From: Vicugna vicugna
Lineage: Eukaryota
Direction: 5' to 3'
Length of the DNA stretch: 64,000 bases
NCBI GenBank assembly: GCA_013265495.1
Contig: MU058824.1
Location: forward strand, 4,429,111 to 4,493,110
Part shown: piece after piece, positions 1 through 12,175 of the stretch
Layout: each line of letters starts with the position of its first letter
Numbering within the stretch: the stretch's first letter is position 1
Translations under genes and position numbers: made by a program
Notes under the pieces: generated by a model
Database searches by the model: none
What the model was told of the DNA's origin: nothing
The model's input: the letters and a program-made list of their open reading frames with translations, nothing else

Positions 1-978
1 GAAACAGATATAACTTAGCAAACAGCACAAGGCGCAAAAGATAAGTAAGATTTTTCCAATTCAAAAATATTAATTGACAGATATAATTATAGGCTTTGAG
101 AAAAGAAAAAAAATTAGAGCTATAATCTAGAAGCAGTTGAGAGTTGTTCTTTCTTCTGTAGAAAATACAGACTATTAAAAGCAATAGGAATCCCAATGTT
201 TATACATAAAAATGATGAATGAGGCATATGCACTTAAGTATGCTTAATTATATGGTCTTACACTATGAAAAAGAATAATACTGTCACATTTAACAATGAA
301 GTTCTGAGAACTGAACAAAGTATTCCCAATGAGGAGCTTTTTCACATCAGGGATAATCTTTTGTACATATTTATATGGTGTGAAATACCTCCTCTACCTC
401 TGCCCCTCCTCAACACCCCCATCCAACCTAACCACTGTCTAGATACTGGAGTGCTTAAAACACCACCACTGGAAGACAAGAGCCCTTCAGATTTAATACA
501 GCCTTTGTAATTTAGTGTGGTCTTTTTTCCCCCAAATGTGAGATGCCAGGGAAGTTTGAAGCTACTCACACTAGCAATGTGATTTTGTTTCTTCCAATTA
601 GAGGAAGTTGATAAAGATGGACACCTGGACGGATCAAGGTATATAGAAAAAGGGGCAAAAGAGGATATGGAATCTAAGAAAAACTATTTTACAACCTTTG
701 GTACAATCAGTTGTTTTATTATGAAAGCATTATAGGTTAAATCCTCTACATATGAAAAAGATTAAGGCATTTCTTTGAAATTAATGCTTGATTTCAACAA
801 GTTAATTAAAGTCATAACATTTCTAAACAAGGTAAATGACATTTTTGTCAAGGCTATATTTTCTATAAGGTAAAAGGTGATTTTATGTAAGAATGAATTC
901 ATTTTTAAAATTTGAGCAATTTAATCAATTCTGATAAACTTTAATTGATTATCCAAATTTGTTAAATAAAATGCATAC

Positions 979-1026
979 CTCATATTCTTTTCTGCAGACT
1001 CTGGAAATATCATTTTTTGAAGATGC
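979..1026 (-). CDS. RECK: RECK coding exon 6 (ASSKNDISRVCRKEYE), 48 nt; gene continues beyond the left edge
   Basis: TAG acceptor, GAG|GTATGC donor, in frame. Confidence 0.95.
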
Positions 1027-2713
1027 CTAAAAGATAACAAATTTCTCCATTAATTTATTACAGGACAAAAAAAGAACACAAATATAAGTATATGTTAATT
1101 GCTGGTATAGCAGTCTTTATTTCATCAAGGAAAACCTCATGCTCAAATATTTTAAAGTTTCTAAAATAGAGACAAATTTCATGTAATTTCTTTAAAACAA
1201 ACATCAGTCCCAGATATGCTAGAACTTCACTGTAAGTCTTATGGCTTTAATCTCACATAATGACACAGTACTTTTGTTATTTCAGAAACTAGATAACTTT
1301 GTAGAAAATGTAAAGCAGAGGACTTTTTTAAAGCTAAATTCCACTCCGTAGCAAATTTTCTTGTGAAGCTCTGCTGCACTGAATTTTCTTGTGCAACTCT
1401 GCCAGCCATTTATAGGTTGCTTTTTCTTTAACCCTTCATATTCTAAGTTCTTATGAGAGCCAAAATCCTCAAAAAAGATCCATACATAACTGAGGGGACA
1501 ATTAAAGACAGGAAGGCTATTCCAGGCAACTAACAAAAATTATTTTTATATAATTCTCTTAACAAGTTTATGAGGAAGGTAGTATCCCTTCTACAGATGA
1601 GGAAACTGACCCACAGAGAAACAGAAAGTTATTTACTACATCTAAGTATATGCTTTCTATAAAAAACAGCCCAAAAAATTTGCTGAAGGGTAGTTATTCT
1701 TCTACATGATATTAGTACCCATTTAGAGACGAAGTTCCAGAGCCATGGGCTCTGGTTCTTTGCTCTACTCCCTCTGTTCTATCACCTAAGCTCATGCAGT
1801 TCTGAAGAGGCCAGCTGATGAGGACAAGGAAAACAAGAAGCAGAATGGACTGGCAGCCATTTATTGTCCCACTGGATGCATTATAGTGCAAGTCGTCTAT
1901 AACTCAGCTAATCTCAATGCCTGGAGGACAGCAGCACATAGCTAGAAAGCACGCTGCTCAAAGAGTGTGGCTCAGGCTATACAGTTCGGTGGTCTGTATG
2001 GAAGTGAAGGTGTCACCATGTCTCATATAATCCTGTCGAGACCAGTCACTAGGAGAAGAAAATAAGAGAAGGCTTTCCAGCTGTAGTTTCAGGGCTACCT
2101 AAATTTCCCAGGGAGGTCTACTCCCACCACTTGGAGTACGAGGAATCAGAAGACCAGTTTTCCCACAGCATCTGAGGAACCACTATGAAAACATACATAG
2201 TGAAGAAGAATTCAGGGGACTTGCTTGAATTGGACCAGAGATATACCAAATCAAAGAGAAGTCATAACTTACTGTAGGAGTCATGCTCACCTTAGGAGAC
2301 AAGAAGGGATATAAGAACACGCTCAGGGTAAACCCACGATGAAAGAGAGGGAAGATGAAAGCAAACAAGCCAACTGTGTCAACTGCTCTCATCCAAGCAT
2401 GCCGGAAATTTACACGACCATTTGGAGTCATTCAGTATTGACTAAGCAAAAGGCCTCCATTCCTATAATATTCTGTCTTTGTGTGGCAGACAGTTAAGAA
2501 ATAGTAAGAGAAGGCTGAGAGTCTTAGATGCAGCAGCCATAACTGAAAAAGCAGCATGTCTAAAAGGAAGTGGTTTATTTAAGAAGTGTTAAATTTGCAG
2601 TTTTTATGGGTCATCTCTCTAAAGGTACGAGGTGGGCTAGGTCCAAGACATTTGCACAGCCAAAACTCAAACTGTACTCCACGCTGTTTAACAGCCTGAT
2701 TGCCAAGCGTTAC

Positions 2714-2799
2714 CTGCTTGCATGCCTGTCGACACTCCAAGGTAATAGCCAGTTCACAGCAGCCTAAGCCAACCCAGCCATCAGACTTCTTAAACACAC
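2714..2799 (-). CDS. RECK: RECK coding exon 5 (GVFKKSDGWVGLGCCELAITLECRQACKQ), 86 nt, CC2 domain
   Basis: Contained in ORF 2579..2797. AAG acceptor, CAG|GTAACG donor, peptide matches RECK. Confidence 0.97.
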
Positions 2800-2949
2800 C
2801 TTAAAAACAAAATGTTCAAATGTTTTGGTCATAAGTAGTGACAAACACAAATAGCGTGCTAAACTGGTTCGTGGATACCACTACAAGTCAAAGCAGGTGT
2901 CCACAAGAAGACTGATTCAGATGGCGGACCTCAAAAGTATGAAGTCCCA

Positions 2950-3035
2950 GGGGGAGGGTATAGCTCAGTGGTAGAGTGAATGCTTGTCATGCACAAGATC
3001 CTGGGTTCAATCTCCAGTACTTCCACTAACAAGAA
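2950..3035 (+). mobile_element. Camelid tRNA-derived SINE (Vic-1 type)
   Basis: GGGGAGGGTATAGCTCAGTGGTAGAG (A box)...GGTTCAATCTCC (B box), with an imperfect flanking TSD (GTATGAAG.CCC). Confidence 0.88.
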
Positions 3036-5400
3036 AATGTATGAAGCCCCTCCTCCTATCCTTACTCTCAACACAATCAGTCTTCTCAGGGTCCCTCACA
3101 GCATAATTACCAGATCCTTTGTTTTTTTGTTCTTCTCCCTGCCCATCCTAAACTCTCTTTAGCTCATTCTCACTCTTAGGTACACAGTATCTTTAGAGGA
3201 CATACAGGTTAAGGAAAGCAAGAAGAGGCCTTCATCACCTTTAGACTGTGACCCAGAGGCAAAGATTCCAATTTAACTTAATAAGCAAACAAAAAATGGC
3301 ATGAGTATTATTGTATCCAAAATATTAAATACCTAGAATAGCATAAAACCCATGATGCTGTTTAAAAACTGATACTTAGTAAGCAGACAGGAACATCTCC
3401 TGTGAGTCAGGACTGACTTGGATGGGTATACTTAATTAAGGAGCAAAATGACTATTTCTGTTCAATTTATGCATAGCAGCTATTTCTCTAACCATATTAC
3501 TGATACCAAAAGGTGATAAAATTATAAGAAGTGATCTAATGCAACTTTTAAATCTGTTTTTGCAATCATAAACATCAATGAGTAACTCCTAGGATAAAAG
3601 TAGGAGATATAAGTAATAATTATGAAAAAAGAAAAGATCTACGCTTACAGGGATACTGCAAATTCCTCCTTATCTCTTTTAAGAAAAATGCTTTATGCTG
3701 CTTCCATGTAAGACATAGATCTGCAAATTCTCATGTACATTAGATTATTATTTGCATTTTAAAAAAATGTGAGGGATTCAAGGCAATAGGTAACATAGTT
3801 CTCAACATGCAACTAAAACAAAGTAGCAAATAGAAGCATTCTGCTAAAAAAAAAAACAAAGTAAAGCAAACAAATGACTCACAGATAGACAAAGCCCTCA
3901 AAATATAATCATAAGCATCCCAATTATTAAAACTGGCTAAAAATACTACGTATCATAAGCTTCTGTATCCCTACATGTTTTAAGGTATAAAAGGCAAAAG
4001 GCTCCCACCCAGCCCCACTACCTAGTATAGTTTTTCCTCAATCTTTGCTGCTTGCCTTACTAGGTCTTTCTAGAATCACCCACATTCTAGACAGAATTCT
4101 GAATGGGATCAATGTAGGTCATAAACTCTGACCTTTTATACCATCATGCAGTATATTGCCATTTTCACATACCCAGTCCCTCTCAGAAAATATTAAATTA
4201 TTCAACAAGCCTTTACATTCACTGAACACCTATTATGTACAAGGCACTCTATAAGGTATTATGTGGGCTATGAAATAGATAAACTATATGATTTGTCCCT
4301 TCATGGAGATAATAGTTTGGTAGGAACAATACATATATATAATTGCAAGATACTAGGTAGAGGGATAATTGGGAGGACAAGCAAGGATGTGGGCAATTCT
4401 AGGAAGGCAAATAGTCTAACATCATGAAAGCCTTTAGAACTGAGAGATACATAAAATATACTCCCTTTTTTCAAAGCACTGGCTTTAAACAGGACTGGAA
4501 AATGAGCTTTAATCCTAGGAGACCATGAATGCCAGGCTGAGTTTGGGCTTTATTCTGATGGAAGTAGATATCCCCTGAGGGATTTTTTTTTCCCCTGAAG
4601 GGAGTGAGGAGGACAGCTATGATGTATTGGAACACCAGTTACAAGGTTATTGCAATAATTTATCCCAAGGTGTAATAATAAAGGCTTGAACTAGGAATAG
4701 AGAGGACAGATGCAAGATTTGACAAGGGGGAAGTCAATGGAACTAAAAAGAAAAAGTAATCAGAGATAACTATAGGGTTTCCAGTCTAGTGTCACTCACA
4801 AGAGAGGTAGTTATGAGTATGGGTTTGAATTTGCACTTCAGATGCCACCTATACAGAGATCCAGGTAGAGATGTCCAGAAGTCACGAACAATGACTTGGA
4901 TTTGAAAGTTATTTTCTCATAGCTGATCAGGTAACAGTTCTGGGAAGGAATGCAGTTACCAGGGTGAGTGTGGATAAAGAAGGGAAGAAGACCACACACA
5001 GGAATAACCATGGTTCTCATTGGGACGAGGGCAGGGAGGAAAAAGATAAGAGAAGACAAGGTCACGAGGCCAAGGTGAAGTCACAAAGAGGTAGCGGTCA
5101 ATAATATCAAGTGTCACAGGAAGTCAAAGAGAACAAGTGCTGAGAAATAAGATTTAGGAACCAAGAGATCCTGGTGATGGTTTCAAAGATCAGTTTCAAC
5201 AGAATGATAGAAGTGGAGATAAGAGTACCACTAAGGATTGAGTGAGTGAGAATAAATTAGACATTTGAAAATTTGGGTGCCTACAAGGAGGAGAGGATAG
5301 AAACTCAAGGGTATACATTAGGTTATAGGACACAGACATTACAGCCAGAAAATAAGTTTTTAAAAAATAAAGTGCTGAAGGTTACACTTGTATTGCTTAC

Positions 5401-5437
5401 CTGGCAAAGACGAATTCATACAACTCCAAATTTCAAC
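5401..5437 (-). CDS. RECK: RECK coding exon 4 (VEIWSCMNSSLP-G), 37 nt
   Basis: TAG acceptor, CAG|GTAAGC donor, in frame. Confidence 0.96.
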
Positions 5438-6322
5438 CTAAAATTGTAATCATCAAAAGGCTTTTATGTAGATAACAGTTCCTTTCTATAGAAATTATGT
5501 ATAGCTAATTTGATTATGTTTATCTCTATACAATCAATGACCTAGAACTACATGAGTATCAACCAGTTATTCATGGAAGCAAAAATAAAACTGAGATGCA
5601 AAAATACTGCTTGCTGTTTTCCCATCTTCACATCTAAGAATACTAAGGACAAGTATGGCTACTCAGGATATGTACTGGAATAACTGCTTACAAGCAAAAA
5701 GACTAAAGGAAAAAGTGTCAGTCAGAACTGTCTGATCATCAACTCCCCCTCCTCCCCATAACCAAGCTACCTTATCTAAAGAGGCTCTCTCATGCCAGCT
5801 CAGACTTTCTTAGCCTGGCTCAGGAGCTCCCAAACACTGAGGATGGCCCAAGAATTAAAGATATTTTAAGTTACAGGACTTAGACAGGCATGCAATGTAT
5901 CTATAGTATACCAGAAAATGGGGAGACCAGAGTAATGAGAAGTCTCACATTTTCCCTTACCCCAAATCCAATTTTTAAAAAATAAACATGATTTAGTTAT
6001 TATGGTTTCCATAAAATTGTCGAAATATAATAAGTAAAATCCCAATTCCAGATAGTTTAATCATAACGAAATTTAAAGACTAGAATACATTTATATGTAG
6101 TATTGTTTTATACCTACATCACAGAAAAAACAATAAAAGGTGGAAGACAATATTCTATCTAGCAATTTGTGTGAGGTTGTTTTTAAAGTACCTAATTAAA
6201 TCTAACATTTTATTCTGACCACAAACTCCAATCACGTTGAAAAAATTGCTAAATCTAAAAGTAACTCATTAGAGTGTTTCATTTAGACAAAAGCTTCCAT
6301 AGTTAAGTAAAATAAGACATAC

Positions 6323-6397
6323 CATTGTTTCAGGACAATAATCTGGGGCTCGCTGCAACAGATGTTTTAGTCGGGATTCACTTTTTGAGGAGAATAT
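6323..6397 (-). CDS. RECK: RECK coding exon 3 (IFSSKSESRLKHLLQRAPDYCPETM), 75 nt
   Basis: TAG acceptor, ATG|GTATGT donor, in frame, peptide matches RECK CC1. Confidence 0.97.
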
Positions 6398-7289
6398 CTA
6401 TTTGAAAAAAAAAGTTTCACGGTATTTGTTTCGTAAGAAGTAAGAAGAGGTAAATTTATTATCTTCTAGATTCATCAGTTGTCTAGAACATTTTCCAATT
6501 TCCTTTTATAAATGGAAAACCTTTGGAAAGATCTAAATTAAGCTGAGGCAGTATTTCTTGAAAGGTAAGTTAGTTTGGCAAACAATCAACCAAACCCAGA
6601 TATAGAAAGTCTGGACTCTTTTCTAATGACCAAAAACGGAGGAAACCAGGCTACTAACCTGTTAGGGTATAAGGGAGAAAAAGAAAAAAGAAAATAGAAA
6701 AGAAAGAAAAAAGATAAATTTATTCTAAACTGTTCTACAAACTGTTTTAAATCAATGACCACAATGAAAAACAGACTATGTCATACCCTTGATATTGGTG
6801 AAGAACAAATTTGTGAATAGTATTATAGCCAAAACTTCTCCATAAAATGCCACAAAAGAGATGAAGCCATTTTTTAATAAAGATGCTGAGGAGTTGACAA
6901 GTTCACTCCCCAGGCTAACTGGCTCACTTACAAATACAACTTTAATTAATGCAATTATAATTTGATGTCTCTATAAATTATAAATCATTACATATATCAT
7001 TACCTGCAAATAGTCAAGACTGTAAAATCTACGAATGCTAAGACAATAAAAAAGGATTTATCTCCAATTAGTCTGAGTAGCCATTTTTCTCCAAAACCAC
7101 CAATTGTAAGTGAAGAGAGCTAGAATAACACCATTTTGCAACTCTTAGTGAATACATTTAGGCAACTATCAACAATGACTGCTAACATTACACAGAGACA
7201 ACTAGACACAATACCATTTATGAATAAGACTTGCCAAACAAAACAAAAACAACCGAGCCTGAATCTGATCAAGCCTCTGGATCTGTCTC

Positions 7290-7496
7290 ATAAGGCAGCT
7301 GCCAGCAACATATGGCTATTTAAATTTAAACTTAAATCAATTAAAATGAAATAAAATTTAAAATTCAGTTCCTCAATCTTTTTAAACACATTTCAAATGT
7401 TCACTTGGCACATATAGTTAGTGGTTTCCATATTGAATCATGCAGATATAAATTATTTTCATCACTGCTGAAAATTCCATTGGACAACTCTGCTCT
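7290..7496. mobile_element. MER3/MER33-like hAT element inside an old L1 3' end (~7160-8050)
   Basis: TGGCTATTTAAATTTAAA...AAAATTCAGTTCCTCA...CCATTGGACAACTCTGCTCT. Confidence 0.65.
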
Positions 7497-10277
7497 TAAA
7501 TCTGCCTACCAATTACTAAGAAATAGAGGAAAGAGGAACACGTTAAATGGTACCACAGGGGTGCAAACAGCGTAATTCAGACTATGGGAAACTCCACAGG
7601 GTAAATGATCAGATTTATCTGTCAAATAAATTGTGAGGAAAAACCCATATTAAAAGGTCTTTAAGAGACATATACCAGTTATAATGCATATACCTCATTT
7701 GGATCCTGCTTCAAATTTATAAAACAAAACTTTAATAAGTTTAATAATTAATAAATTTGAAAAATAACTAGATATTTGAATATTACATTTTTAAAGAAGT
7801 GGTAATGGTATTATGTTTTTTTTTAATGAGTACTTACAATTTGATACCAACTGAAAACTTAACGGACCGAAGGATATGACAACAGGGATTTGCTTCAATA
7901 TAAATTTGCCTCAATATAATAGGGGGGAGGAGTAGATGGGAGTACAAATGAAACACAACTAGCCTTGACTTAATAATGCTAAAGCTGAATATGCGAGTTT
8001 ATTATATTTTTCTTTACTTTTGTATATACTTGAAAATTCCCATTATAAAAAGATAAAAAGAAGAAAGAAAAGAAAAAGAAAGGGGAAAAGACAACAATAA
8101 AAGGCAAACAAGAATGAGACAGGAGAGAGGAAGCACATGAATGACATCAGTGGCGGAATGGGAAGAGGCAGAATTCTGAGTGTTAAGCACTATTCTAAGC
8201 ATTGGGGATTCAGTATAAACAAAGCAAACAAAAGTCCCTGTTCTAGAATATCTCTCCTAAGATTCTTCTTTTTAAAACTGAGGGCCTTTTCTTAGATCTC
8301 AAACTTCTTGACTTATATGGCATCTGACACCTCACTGTGTTGACTATTACAAAACAACAGTCCTGACTTCTTATCTAAATTCAAATTCTAAAAGTTTTAA
8401 TTCCAAATCTCCAACTGTCTCCACACAGTGGTCTTCACTGATAATTCAGCAATTCATCTTCCCATTCCCACCCCCCAAATCTTTTTCCTAATCTTCCAGA
8501 GCCTTCAAGGATACTGGTATTTACTTGAACAAAACCTAAGTATCAGCAGGACTCCACCCTTTCTTCATTTCCTACTGGTTGAAGAAATAATGATTCCTCA
8601 ATTTCTGGTCATTCTTTTCAATGTCAGTGAGCTCTGCCAGTAGTGGCACCCTCGCCACTCTCCACACCACTCACTCACTGCTCCTGTGAGTAGGATGACT
8701 GACTTACTGACTGTTGAGTTTGGCAGGGGGAAGTGAATGTATATAACTCAACTCTTACCGCTCTTCCTCGGGGAGTAAGTCTAATAATGTAGTTTAGTGT
8801 TTATCTGGAGATAAAAGTTACATTTGGCATTTGTGTAACTAGTAATAGAAGTACTATCTGGGGTCCTATCTGCCTTACTACTTTGCCTTATTTCTCAATT
8901 AGATAAGGGAAGAATGTTTTTTATTAGAGTGACTATAGTCCTTAATTTGCTAAGTTATAGAACTTCTAATGCTTCAGATTTCAAGAAATTAGGCCTTGCT
9001 TGCTGCAGGTACCTCACAAAAATCATTTACCCTGTGGAATACCAGTGAGCAGAACAAGAGAAAAGAAAGCAAAAAGCTAGGAACACAGTGCTTCCAAATT
9101 TAGCAGTGTTGCTTTCAAAGCTCCTTTATGGTGACACCACCAAGGAGCCATTTTTGCTTTTAAAAACTATTGTTTTGGCAGTAAATCTACAGAAAACTTA
9201 ATTTGCTATAGTGTTTCAACATGAAACACTGTCTTGTTTTACAATTAGAGTATTTTACAAAAATCTTTCTAAATTCCTAACGTTGTTTGAGTGAAGTTTT
9301 AATCTAGGTATTTTACCCAGTTAGGTAGCTCTCTCAGTTTTAGGAAATAACAAGATCCAGGTATTACTTGAAAACTCCTCAAAAGATGATTGAGGTCATT
9401 AATTCTCAAGTGTGAAGGCAAGAGCTACACAATCAAGATGATGAAAGAAAGGTAAGGCATTATGAACAGGTATTGTCTCAGTAGAATTTGCCTAAAAAGG
9501 CTCAAGCAGAAAAATTCAAACCTACAGAAAAGTTTCAAAAGGAGTACAATGAACACTCACAAAGATTAAGAGTCCATCTATGAAGGACTCTATCCTTTCT
9601 TCATTCCATATTGGTTGAAGAAATTACCCATTATCCACTCATTATCAATGTTTGCAACATTTGCTTTAACTATCTCTACATATACATGCTATTACTATTA
9701 TTTTGATGAAATATTTTAGAAATCATTACAGACATGACCATTCATTCCGAAATCCCAGCATGTATCTCCTAAGAACAAGGACACCATCCTACCTAACCAC
9801 AGTACAATCACCAAATTTAGATCAGAACACTGATACAATATTATAGTCCATATTCAAATTTCACCAATTTATCCAAGTAATATCCTTTATAGCAATTCTT
9901 TTTTAATTCCAGGACCCAATCCAGAATTAAGCATCGTGTTTAGTTGTCATGGCTCTTTAATTTCTTCTTATCTGGAAATCTTTGTGTTTATAACACTGAT
10001 ACCTCTAAAGAGTACAGGCAGTTACTTTGAGAAACATCCCTCAATCTGGGTCTGCCCTACTGTTTCCTCATAATTCACGTTATGCATTTTGGACAAGAGT
10101 CCTACTTAAATTCTGTGCTCCTTTTTAGTGCATGTCAGCAGACACATGTAAAATTGTTCCATTATTGGTGATGTGAACTCTGATTACTTGTTTTAAGTGC
10201 TGTCCATGGATTTCTCCAAAACAATTATATTAAATGGTTATGTAACTAAACCCTGTACAATTGTTGTGTAAGCTTAC

Positions 10278-10336
10278 CTGCTCACATACATCACGGCACA
10301 TTTGGTTATCCTTTGAATGATTACAACATAATGCAC
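10278..10336 (-). CDS. RECK: RECK coding exon 2 (GALCCNHSKDNQMCRDVCEQ), 59 nt, start of CC1 domain
   Basis: Polypyrimidine/TAG acceptor, CAG|GTAAGC donor, phase matches exon 1, peptide matches RECK. Confidence 0.97.
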
Positions 10337-11289
10337 CTAGAGAGAAAAAATAAACACCTGATGTTGCCCACTGTTAAATAAATAAGATGATTAAACTAAG
10401 CTGGATGATTAGACAAACCATTTATTCAAAAGACTATTATTATCCATTTTAACTCACAAACCTTTGCTGTATACCTATTACAAGTCAAGGACTGTCTTAA
10501 GTTCAAGGATGTGGTTTTTGCCCTCAAGAAGCTTGCAGTCTAACAGGGGAGACTGTCATGTAATAATAATAATAGCTACTATGTACTTTCTACGTGCCAG
10601 AATTTTACTGCTTGCTTTATATATTATCTCATTTAAACCTCATAATTACTCTATGGACTATATTCTATTATTATACTTACAATGTAAGGTTAAATGACAA
10701 AAAGTGAACTTTGTTTTGGATATGTTAAATTAAGATTTGCAATGGCCAAAATATTCCAGATATTCCAGTAAAGACAGAAACCCAAGCCTGGACTGCACAT
10801 TGGCCAAGCCTAAAGATACAAATTTGGAAATCATCAGCATAAAGGAGGTTTATGTAAATGAATGACACTGCTTAGGGAGAGTAGTAAGAAGTGAACACAG
10901 CACCAAATTCTAAATAACCACAATCTGAGATACGGGAAGAAACAAGGAAAGAGACTGAGATTGAAGAGTCAGAGGTAAGCCAGCCACCAGAGAGTGGCAT
11001 CACAGAAGAGGGAGCAGTTAGTGCCATGCTCCAGAACAGTCAGGTTAGACTGAAGACTCAGAAAGGAAATGGATTTACTAAGAGGCCACTTAGACCTTCA
11101 CAAGGTACTTTCTGTGAGTTAGTAGAAGTGAATGATATTAAAGGAGTAAACCAGAGGTGAGGAAGTGTAAATAGTAACTACAGGCTCTCAAGAAATCTGG
11201 CAGTAATGGGAGGGAAAGAGAGTGGTAGTTACCGAAGGATGCAAGATCAAGGGAAGATTCTCCACCCCACCCCCCGATTTTAAAAAAAT

Positions 11290-11398
11290 CTTTTTGTTGG
11301 GGGGAAATAAATATTTTATTTAATGGAGGTACTAGAGATTGAACCCCGGACCTCATGCATGCTAAGCATATGCTCTACTACTGAGCTATACCCTCACT
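11290..11398 (-). mobile_element. Camelid tRNA-derived SINE (Vic-1 type)
   Basis: Reverse-complement A/B boxes (GATTGAACCC...CTGAGCTATACCCTC) and an A-rich tail. Confidence 0.88.
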
Positions 11399-11427
11399 CT
11401 CCACTCATCCCCCACCCCTCGTATTTT

Positions 11428-12175
11428 AGAGAGGCCTTTGCCCCTGATTCCTGAGACTCTAAATCCTTGTAATTTCCAGAGTAACAGGAGTGTCTTTGTT
11501 AGGCTAAGGAGGTAACCCATGGTCTCACCTAGATAGCTTCAGGATGGGGAACGGCCAATCCAGAAAGAGAAGCCATGTGATTAGAGGGTTGGGGCTTTGA
11601 GCCACAGGATATCAACCCAATCTCCCAAACTCAGTGGGACAGGGGGACTGGAGATTAAGCTCAACCACACAGATAATAATTTAATCAATCATGCCTATGT
11701 GATGAAATTCCAATAAAAATTCTAGACACCAAAGCTCAGTGATCTTTCCTGGCTGCTTGAAGACACTGATGTGCCAGGAGGGTGATTCACACTGATTCCA
11801 TGAGGAAAGGGCACAGAAGAAACTGCATTTCCTCCCAGACCTTACTCTGCATATCTCTTCATTTGACTGGTCCTCCTGATTTGTATCCTTTTATATTTGT
11901 ATATTTGTATCCTTTATAACAAAACTGTAATCATAACTAAAGCACTTCCCTGGGTTCTGTGAGACATTCTAGTGAATTACTAATTTTGATGGGGTTGAGG
12001 GAAGCCCCAATTTATAAGCCAATTGGTCAGAAATGTCGGTGACCTGGGAACCGCCAAAGTCTGGTTAGTGTCTAGAGAAAGGGCAGCCTTGTTTGGGATC
12101 ATGCCCTTTACCTTGTGGGGTCTGTTCCAACTCTGGGTGGTTAGTGCAAGAACTGAATTGCTATACACCCAGTCG
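11428..12175 (+). mobile_element. MER21-like LTR
   Basis: GATAGCTTCAGGATGGGG...CCATGTGATTAGAGGGTTGG...TAATCAATCATGCCTATGT resemble the recalled MER21 consensus. Confidence 0.7.

Noticed and set aside
1700..2560. GC-richer stretch in RECK intron 5 that could be a retrocopy or nested exon
   Set aside because: No coherent ORF, recognisable peptide, poly(A) tail or TSD found by eye; left unassigned pending BLAST/RepeatMasker.
2950..3030. tRNA-like A/B boxes suggesting tRNA genes (four copies)
   Set aside because: A-rich tails, TSDs and divergence identify them as SINEs, not tRNA genes.
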